Virus record (IMG/VR): IMGVR_UViG_3300037400_002699
Location: 32,001 to 96,000 of that record
DNA length: 64,000 nt
DNA from: a virus
Taxonomy: Duplodnaviria > Caudoviricetes
Reading direction: 5' to 3' (one strand)
Below are positions 39,434 to 47,124 of this stretch, in pieces. The translations under genes and the position numbers were made by a program. Position 1 is the first letter of the stretch. Each line of letters opens with the position of its first letter. Under the pieces are notes generated by a model. The model saw nothing but the letters and a program-made list of their open reading frames with translations, searched no databases and was not told the DNA's origin.

Positions 39434-41038
39434 ATGAGCAAGATTAGAAGCAAAGTAGTAAGGGAATCTTTATTGGATTACAATACACTCGCAAATTCTT
39501 TGAAGGAAAATACGGAGAGCGCAGTCAAGACTCTTCTTGATGAGGCTGTGCGTGATACATATGCCAAGTTATTGTCTGAAGACAATGACAAGGACTATGA
39601 TGAAGAGGATGTAGAAGTGGATGATACTCAAGATTCTGATGCTATGCCAGATGACGCTGGAGAAGGCGGCGAAGAGTCTACAGATGATGTGGATGACGCT
39701 GACGCTGGTATGGACACTGACGATGTTGATGACACTGACGTTGATGGTGGTGACTCTTTCAAGGGTGGCGATGCTAATACTGAGGTTGATGAAACTGAAG
39801 ACGGTGAAGGCGATGGATGGGCTGAGTTTGACAAGTACAAGGTATCGGACGACGAGTATGACTTCTCAAATGCGGAAGACGAGGAAATCGTAAAGGTTTA
39901 CAAACTGATGAAAAATGATGACCAAATTCTCGTACATAAAGACGAGGACAAGGTTAAGATTCAAGACAATGAAACTGGAGCTGAATACCTAATCGACCTT
40001 GGTGGTGATGAGGCAGCTGGCGTAGCTGCTACTGAACCAGGAGAAGACGAGGCAAATTTTGAACTTGAAATGGGTGATGATGATGCTGAGGACTTTGAAG
40101 GCGATGCTGAAGGCATCGATACTGAGGGAGACGAAGATATTGATTCTATGGTTGATAGTGAAGGTGAAGATGATGATTTTAATAACATTGATGACGATAT
40201 GAATGAATCAACAGAAAGAATGTTTGAGCTTGTATTGGAGTACGACTCAAACGTAGGATACACTGACAACTATCAGAAAAAGGACGTAATGACCAACCCA
40301 GGCATGTCAGAGCCAGGCAAGAATGTAAACGACTGGGATGCAGGCGTACCAAAGGGCGATGCAAAGCCTTGGTCTGGATATCCAGGTAAGAAGAAGAAAG
40401 CAGACGCACCTTTCAATGCTGAAAAGGGCAAGCAGGTTGAGGAGAGTGTTGAGGAAATCAACGAGCTTAAGACAAATGCTGAGCACGCTGCTAACAACGG
40501 TAGCACATCTAGGACTGATGGACCTAATAACCCACGTAGGCGTACTGGACGTAGTTTCCATACTGCACAGAGGGGACAGGAAAGCGGAACTGGAGACAAT
40601 GCTTATTCACCAGGTGGTGATGCAAACAACGTGACGGTTGATGTTAAGGTTGAGAACATTATGAGGAGAGTTAATAAGACCCTTAAGGAAAATAAGGAGT
40701 TAAAGGGTACTCTTACAAATGTGATGACATCTCTTAAGGAGGCTGCTGTAACCAACCACAATCTTGCACAGATTATTAAGCTTATCTCTGAGAACTCTAC
40801 CACACAGGATGAGAAGAAGGAGATAATCGGAAGGTTTGCTAAGGAGGCTAAGACCATCGATGCTTCAAAGAGGTTGTATGAGTCTATCAGCCAGGACTTG
40901 AAAAAGTTACATAAGATGAACATCACTGAGGGCACAAACCTTACAGTTGAGAGTTCAAAGAAAATCAATGAGACTCCAATTTACAAGTCACAGGACATCA
41001 TGGAATCTCTTGACCTTATGCACAGGATGATGAAATAA
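39434..41038 (+). CDS. Prohead scaffold/core protein (T4 gp22-like position)
   Basis: Directly upstream of the capsid gene; very acidic N-half, coiled-coil C-terminus; many [ILV]xE sites. Confidence 0.8.
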   Translation: MSKIRSKVVRESLLDYNTLANSLKENTESAVKTLLDEAVRDTYAKLLSEDNDKDYDEEDVEVDDTQDSDAMPDDAGEGGEESTDDVDDADAGMDTDDVDDTDVDGGDSFKGGDANTEVDETEDGEGDGWAEFDKYKVSDDEYDFSNAEDEEIVKVYKLMKNDDQILVHKDEDKVKIQDNETGAEYLIDLGGDEAAGVAATEPGEDEANFELEMGDDDAEDFEGDAEGIDTEGDEDIDSMVDSEGEDDDFNNIDDDMNESTERMFELVLEYDSNVGYTDNYQKKDVMTNPGMSEPGKNVNDWDAGVPKGDAKPWSGYPGKKKKADAPFNAEKGKQVEESVEEINELKTNAEHAANNGSTSRTDGPNNPRRRTGRSFHTAQRGQESGTGDNAYSPGGDANNVTVDVKVENIMRRVNKTLKENKELKGTLTNVMTSLKEAAVTNHNLAQIIKLISENSTTQDEKKEIIGRFAKEAKTIDASKRLYESISQDLKKLHKMNITEGTNLTVESSKKINETPIYKSQDIMESLDLMHRMMK

Positions 41039-41107
41039 GCATTTTTTGAATTTTGTGTATATTTATAATTAAAGAAAAATAACATAAGTTAAACTTCATT
41101 TATCTAT

Positions 41108-43144
41108 ATGAAAGAATTTTTATCTAGTGGCGTAGTTGGTAATATTGAGTACAACGCCCAGAAACAGATACGTGAGAGCATTCAGAACCGTTGGGACCAG
41201 CTCGGATTTACTGAGGGTCTTCCAGAGGGTATCAAGGAGAATGTTGCTACGTTGTATGAGAATGAGGCTAAGCACTTGATTTATGAGGCTACAGCTTCTG
41301 ACAATAGCGGTTCATTCGAGACTGTGGTATTCCCTATCATCCGTAGGGTATTCAGCAGACTTCTTGCTAATGACATCGTTTCAGTACAGGCTATGAACCT
41401 TCCTGTAGGTAAGTTGTTCTTCATCCTCCCTGTTACTTCAGAGAGAGAGTGGGAGCTTCCAGCAGAGATGACTGGCGACACTGAGCCTGGCGATATTGTA
41501 GACGGAACAACTGGTCGTCACCTTGGTCTTATGGGTTATGACAGAGTTAACCGTAACAAGGAAGGACGTGTTGAGCCACGTTACTATCTCCCAGACGAGA
41601 CAATCAATGAGCTTCAGAATGCATGGTACATCCCAGTTCTTAGCGACGAGGATACCTATGATACATTCGACGCTGCTAAGGAAGCTGCTATTGCAGCTGG
41701 TCTTAACCCAACAGCTATTCGTAGAGTAGGACCAGAGGTTACTCAGTACTTCCAGAAGAGTCTTTACGACTTGTTCTACAATGACTTCTTGTATGACAAC
41801 TCAAAGGGTAAGGTTACTATTAAGGTTGGTGAGGCTATCCCAGTATTCTTGACCCCTGGTGGTGTTCGCCCATTCGGTGCTGACAACTTGAATCAGTACT
41901 TCCAGAGTGGATTTGACGGAACTATCCGTAACGTCATCCTTGAGATTGATGGTTTCTCTTCATTCAACGCTTCTAAGTTGACTGGTCCTGACGGAAACGA
42001 AATGGACACTGAGGAGTTCCTTGCTTCATTGAAGGTTATCACACAGAAGGCTATTGCAGCTCAGAATGCTCCTGGTTCAGAGGACGTTAAGACTTCTGCT
42101 TTCAGAAAGTTTGAGTCTGTTCCATTCAGAGTAGTTACTCAGAAGTATGGTAAGGGTATCGTAGAGTACGGTGCTGCTTGCGACGCAGAGGGTAAGATGT
42201 ATATCGAGCTTGACCTTGCTAAGCCAGTTATCCAGCAGGCTGGAACAATCGATGGTTACATCGGTGTTGCTGCTTCAGAGCTTGACGCTGCAATTGTTAA
42301 GAGTGGAAACACTATTGACTACGAGGCAACTAAGGAGAATATCAAGTCTTTGTTCAAGATTGCTTGGGCACAGTATGATTCTCTTGAGCTTGAGACTGAA
42401 ATCGGTGAGGTTTCATTCAAGTTGGATTCAGTAACTGTATCAGTTGTAGAGAGAAAGCTTCGTGCTACCTGGTCTCCAGAGCTTGCACAGGACGTTTCTG
42501 CATTCCACAACATCGACGCAGAGGCTGAGTTGACAGCTATCCTTTCAGAGCAGATTGCTGCTGAGATTGACCGTGAGATTCTCCGTGACCTTAGAAAGGG
42601 AGCGCCTTGGCAGGCACGTTGGGATGTCAATGGTTGGAGGAGAATGGCTGCATTCTCTACAAACTACACCCAGAAGGACTGGAATCAAGAGTTGATGACT
42701 AAGATTAACCAGATTTCTGCACAGATTCACAAGTCTACACTTCGTGGTGGTGCTAACTTCATCGTTGTATCTTCAGAGATTTCTGCATTGTTCGATAACT
42801 TGGAGTTCTTCCACGTATCTGACGCTTCAGCAGAGAGCGACCAGTACAACATGGGTATCGAGAAGATTGGAGCACTTAACGGACGTTACACCGTATATCG
42901 TGACCCATATTCTCCACACTGGTCAATCATCATTGGTCACAAGGGTAAGTCACTTCTTGACACTGGTTACATCTATGCACCATATGTGCCAATGCAGTTG
43001 ACTCCTACAATGTACAACCCATTCAACTTCGCACCCGTAAAGGGGATAATGACGAGGTACGCTAAAAAGATGGTAAATAATCGTTACTATGGACATGTTC
43101 GTGTAGACGGTCTCGTACATTGGAGCATCAACGAATTCAGATAA
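41108..43144 (+). CDS. Major capsid protein (T4 gp23-like)
   Basis: FPIIRRVF...DIVSVQAMNLPVG; RKLRATWSPELAQD...DAEAEL..ILSEQIAAEIDRE; YIYAPYVP...GIMTRYA. Confidence 0.95.
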   Translation: MKEFLSSGVVGNIEYNAQKQIRESIQNRWDQLGFTEGLPEGIKENVATLYENEAKHLIYEATASDNSGSFETVVFPIIRRVFSRLLANDIVSVQAMNLPVGKLFFILPVTSEREWELPAEMTGDTEPGDIVDGTTGRHLGLMGYDRVNRNKEGRVEPRYYLPDETINELQNAWYIPVLSDEDTYDTFDAAKEAAIAAGLNPTAIRRVGPEVTQYFQKSLYDLFYNDFLYDNSKGKVTIKVGEAIPVFLTPGGVRPFGADNLNQYFQSGFDGTIRNVILEIDGFSSFNASKLTGPDGNEMDTEEFLASLKVITQKAIAAQNAPGSEDVKTSAFRKFESVPFRVVTQKYGKGIVEYGAACDAEGKMYIELDLAKPVIQQAGTIDGYIGVAASELDAAIVKSGNTIDYEATKENIKSLFKIAWAQYDSLELETEIGEVSFKLDSVTVSVVERKLRATWSPELAQDVSAFHNIDAEAELTAILSEQIAAEIDREILRDLRKGAPWQARWDVNGWRRMAAFSTNYTQKDWNQELMTKINQISAQIHKSTLRGGANFIVVSSEISALFDNLEFFHVSDASAESDQYNMGIEKIGALNGRYTVYRDPYSPHWSIIIGHKGKSLLDTGYIYAPYVPMQLTPTMYNPFNFAPVKGIMTRYAKKMVNNRYYGHVRVDGLVHWSINEFR

Positions 43145-43171
43145 TAAATAACTGAAAATCAATAACTTACA

Positions 43172-43207
43172 AAGGTTGCCAAGTCAATAGATTTGGCAAC
43201 TTTTTTG
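43172..43207 (+). terminator. Intrinsic terminator after capsid gene
   Basis: GTTGCCAAGTC-AATA-GATTTGGCAAC-TTTTTTT. Confidence 0.8.
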
Positions 43208-43366
43208 TTTTTTAATCCATTTTAACTTGAAAAAATATTATAAGTTAGAATGGATTATTTTTTATATAGGAATGAAATTAAATGGATTATTTTGATATTT
43301 ATATAAAAAAAGTTGGTTTAGAAAGAAACTAATGTTGTTTTTTAGAGATAAAACGTTATATTTTAT

Positions 43367-43753
43367 ATGCAGTACTTTTATATTAAACAGGGCAGTACAT
43401 TGCCAACACTTAGGATGGAGCTTATAGAGGATGGAAGACATGACTTCAACAAGTTCCATGAGTGCATACAGGCTGCTGACATAACTTTTACAATGACAAA
43501 TATTGACACCAACGTTGTGAAGGTAGCAAAGAACAAGGCATACATCAAACTACGTGAGAACGATGATTGCACTGAACAGTATGTGATATGCTATGACTGG
43601 AAAGGTCATGATACCAAGGAGGCTGGCAGTTTTAAGGGTGTATTTGAAATAACATTCAGCGGAAATATAAAGAATGATTCATATACCTACCCAAATGGCA
43701 TACTAAACGCACCAATAAGGGAAGAGCTTATGGTCATAGTTCTTCCTAAATAA
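43367..43753 (+). CDS. Ig-like structural protein (BppU N-terminal-like)
   Basis: FYIKQGSTLPTL...TFTM...YDW...DT..AG.F.G.FEITF beta-sandwich pattern. Confidence 0.55.
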   Translation: MQYFYIKQGSTLPTLRMELIEDGRHDFNKFHECIQAADITFTMTNIDTNVVKVAKNKAYIKLRENDDCTEQYVICYDWKGHDTKEAGSFKGVFEITFSGNIKNDSYTYPNGILNAPIREELMVIVLPK

Positions 43754-43773
43754 TTTGAATAAATTTTAATGTT

Positions 43774-44022
43774 ATGATTGAACCGAAATTTAATCCAGGT
43801 GATTATATTATAAACAGGACATCTGGAGATATGGCGATAGTTGACAAGGTTACTTCGAAGGGGTATTATCGTTTCAAGGCGTTTTATGGTAGCATGTTTA
43901 ATGAATTCAAAGATGTGAAGGATAAAAATTTTGATTTGCAGATTAATTATCAGAAGTTTTATGACCTGTGTAATGACGGTGAGAAGAAAAAACTCGATGA
44001 GTTAATAAAAGAGAAGGGATGA
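43774..44022 (+). CDS. Hypothetical protein (SH3-like N-terminus)
   Basis: PKFNPGDYI start; ATGA overlap with the next gene. Confidence 0.6.
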   Translation: MIEPKFNPGDYIINRTSGDMAIVDKVTSKGYYRFKAFYGSMFNEFKDVKDKNFDLQINYQKFYDLCNDGEKKKLDELIKEKG

Positions 44023-44549
44023 AAATAATAAGATTAACAGAGGGTGATTTACATAATATTGTTACAGAGGTTGTTGCGAACTTATGCGAATCATCAACCA
44101 GTGAAGTTGTCTTTCATTGTGGCGATGAACTAAACGAAAGGAGATTCAAGGATGTGATATGGTTTAGTTCTGAACCTATTGGTTATTTCGGTTACCCACA
44201 TAGATATGAGGTGACGATGAACAACCCACTTGTGATAAACGCATTTGGTGCTGGCTGGAATGACAAGTTATGGCGGGAGTGTTGTAAACCAACTGGTGAG
44301 CCAAAATGCCCTCCAGATGACCCAAGTCTTGTATCAAGAGCACCTGCCTTTATATGGAAAATGGTACAAGAGTCAGATGATGAGATAGAATATGGAGACA
44401 TACCTTACATAGTTAAGCATATGCGTAATGAGGGTAAGGTAAATTATGATGGGGTTATAATAAAAGAAATTTACGAAACGCCAACTTGTAATATTAAGAC
44501 TGATGACTATGTTGTTTTCAGCATGAAACAAATAAAACTAGTAAAATAA
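44019..44549 (+). CDS. ADP-ribosyltransferase-like protein with head-targeting leader
   Basis: MKIIRLTEGDLHNIVTEVVANLCE; then VFHCG...IWFS...NPLVI...YDGVII...DDYVVF. Confidence 0.65.
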   Translation: MKIIRLTEGDLHNIVTEVVANLCESSTSEVVFHCGDELNERRFKDVIWFSSEPIGYFGYPHRYEVTMNNPLVINAFGAGWNDKLWRECCKPTGEPKCPPDDPSLVSRAPAFIWKMVQESDDEIEYGDIPYIVKHMRNEGKVNYDGVIIKEIYETPTCNIKTDDYVVFSMKQIKLVK

Positions 44550-44578
44550 AAGGGTTAGCAGTTGCTAACCCCTTTTTT
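44548..44578 (+). terminator. Intrinsic terminator
   Basis: AGGGTTAGCA-GT-TGCTAACCCCTTTTT. Confidence 0.75.
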
Positions 44579-44656
44579 GTTTATAAATATTACCTAACTT
44601 TTAATATGGGCTAAATATTTATAGTAAATTACGTAATTAAAAATATTTAGAGAATT

Positions 44657-47095
44657 ATGGCTAAAAAGCAATTTATAAGGCATCTAGAATACTATGGGTT
44701 TCCAGACCAGAACCAGTATACTAGTGAGTTTAATGGTGTTGACTTGTCAGATATCCGTCAAAAGAACAAGGAACAGGACGAGGAAATAGGTGAACTTGAG
44801 ACTGATAAAGCAGATAAGAAGAGCCTTAATGAACTTAGTGGTACTGTTGAAAATCTAATAGCAGCGCAATCTGAGGTCAATGAGGAGTTTGCAGAAGCAA
44901 TCAGTGGTATTACATCTGATATTGGAAAATTAAAGGAAATTGATAATGAGTACGGAGAACAACTTAGTGCTCTTACCGACAGTCTTAATGATGTGATAGA
45001 GGATGTTAATGAGCTTGATGATAAGGTTGATGATATTAACGGTGACATTGAAGAGCTTAGCGGAAAAGTTGAGACGTTGAGTGCTGAGACTGAAGAAAAG
45101 TTTAATGAGGTATCGGAAGAACTTGACAAAAAGCTTGATAAGTCTGAGGCTGAAGAGACTTATGCAAAGAAAGATGAATGTGTCACAAGGGAATATCTTG
45201 ATGAAAGGCTTGAGCCGTATGCCACGAAGGAATGGATTCAAGAGTCTGGTTATATGACGCAAGAACAGGCTGATGATAGGTATGCCAAGAAAGAGACTGT
45301 TGATGCACTTTCTGACAGATTGAATGATGCAGTTACTGACCTTAACACGAAGATATATACGGTAAGTGGCGATTTACAGTCATTCTCTTCAGTTACCAAT
45401 AACAGAATGGGCGTTATTGAAACCAACTTCGAGACACTTAGGGGCGAGACTGACAGGAAAATCAACGCCATCAGTGCTGCTGTAGATACGTTTGATAGTA
45501 GGATAACACAGAATGAGGAGGATATAGAAGACCTTGAGGATGATTTGGCTAGGAAGGCTAACCAAGCTGACCTTGAGAACCTACAGTCAAAGGTTTCAAA
45601 CCTTTCAGATGTGGTTGACGCAAAGGTTGGTAAACCAGAGTTCGAGGCATACAAGAGTTCTGTTGCAAACCAGTTCAATAATATGGACAACAAGAAGGCT
45701 GACAAGTCAGCTTTCACGCAAGCAATGGATGCCATTGAAGATGCCAATAACAGGCTTGACCAGGAGATTGAGAATAGAATAGCTGGCGATGCAAACCTTC
45801 AGAATCAGATTGATGCCCTTGATGGTGAGGTAGACGCATTAAGCGAAGAAGTTGAAGGATTCGATGGCAGAATAAGTGCCGTTGAGGATGGGCTTGCACA
45901 GGAAATCATAGATAGAAAACAAGCAGACCTAGACCTTATCGGAACTGAAGGCGATGACAAGGATGATGATACCATTTGGGGTGCTAAGAATTATGCAAAA
46001 TGGCAGAAGACAATTGCAACAAGAGAGGCAAATGCATATACAGATAGCAAGGTAACTGAGATAAACAGTAGAATAGACCAGGAGCACGAATGGGCTGAGC
46101 AGAATTTCTCAAGTGCAGCATCAAAGGCTTATGTAGAGTCTATGATTAATGAAGCAGAGTCAGAACTTGAGACTGAGATAACAAATGCAGTTAATGAAGA
46201 GTCAGATAGAGCTACCGCTGCTGAAGAAGACCTTCTTAGGAGAATTATTGAGGTTCTTAGGGCATTAGGTGAAAATGACAGGTTGCTAGACCTTCTTACA
46301 AATAGGGTCAATGCCATAACAGCTTGGGACGGAACAGACCCAGATGAATACGACAACACTGGAAACGGTGTACTTGACGTTCTTCACAGGGAATTCCACG
46401 AGTTTGAAAAGACAGGTGGCTCAATCAAGGAGATACGTGTTGAAGGAGATAACCTAATCATTGCCTATTACACTAAGGATGGCGAGAAGGAAACAGTAAT
46501 CTCTATTGGAGAACTTATCGACCTTGATAACTATTACAATAAGCAAGAGACAGATGCATTGCTTGCTGAAAAACTTGATGTGTCTGCATATACTGATATA
46601 TCTGAGCAAGTGACTGCCAATACGCAGAACATAGCAATATTGAGCGGGGCTGTACAAGATGAAGCCGATAGGGCTTCTTCTGCTGAGACAGTACTTGATG
46701 AGAAAATAGATGCTGAAGTAGAAAGGGCAGTAAGTGCTGAGACTGAACTACAGAACACAATCAGCGAGACTGGCAGCGCCCTTGATGCATTGATTAACAA
46801 ACTTGGCTATACTGATAATGATACGCTTGTAAGGAACGGAGACCATGAAGCAGCATTCGGACAGTATAATATAAGCAACACAAGTGAAGATGCATCTGGA
46901 CGAACCCTATTCTCAATCGGTAACGGCACTGATGATGAGAACAGGAGCAATGCTCTTGAGGTGAAGGAGAACGGAGATGTCTATCTTTGGATTGAAGGTG
47001 AGTTTATGAACATTAATAAGCTACTTGGACAGATTGCACATGAAGTATATGACAATGATAGCACACATAACAGTCATTTCTTTGATGGAAACTAA
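44657..47095 (+). CDS. Long coiled-coil fibre-like structural protein
   Basis: Heptad-rich acidic sequence; E..RA..AE repeats; C-terminal FSIGNG...RSNALEV adhesin-head-like motif. Confidence 0.7.
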   Translation: MAKKQFIRHLEYYGFPDQNQYTSEFNGVDLSDIRQKNKEQDEEIGELETDKADKKSLNELSGTVENLIAAQSEVNEEFAEAISGITSDIGKLKEIDNEYGEQLSALTDSLNDVIEDVNELDDKVDDINGDIEELSGKVETLSAETEEKFNEVSEELDKKLDKSEAEETYAKKDECVTREYLDERLEPYATKEWIQESGYMTQEQADDRYAKKETVDALSDRLNDAVTDLNTKIYTVSGDLQSFSSVTNNRMGVIETNFETLRGETDRKINAISAAVDTFDSRITQNEEDIEDLEDDLARKANQADLENLQSKVSNLSDVVDAKVGKPEFEAYKSSVANQFNNMDNKKADKSAFTQAMDAIEDANNRLDQEIENRIAGDANLQNQIDALDGEVDALSEEVEGFDGRISAVEDGLAQEIIDRKQADLDLIGTEGDDKDDDTIWGAKNYAKWQKTIATREANAYTDSKVTEINSRIDQEHEWAEQNFSSAASKAYVESMINEAESELETEITNAVNEESDRATAAEEDLLRRIIEVLRALGENDRLLDLLTNRVNAITAWDGTDPDEYDNTGNGVLDVLHREFHEFEKTGGSIKEIRVEGDNLIIAYYTKDGEKETVISIGELIDLDNYYNKQETDALLAEKLDVSAYTDISEQVTANTQNIAILSGAVQDEADRASSAETVLDEKIDAEVERAVSAETELQNTISETGSALDALINKLGYTDNDTLVRNGDHEAAFGQYNISNTSEDASGRTLFSIGNGTDDENRSNALEVKENGDVYLWIEGEFMNINKLLGQIAHEVYDNDSTHNSHFFDGN

Positions 47096-47124
47096 AAATA
47101 AATTATAATAACAAATAGAATATT

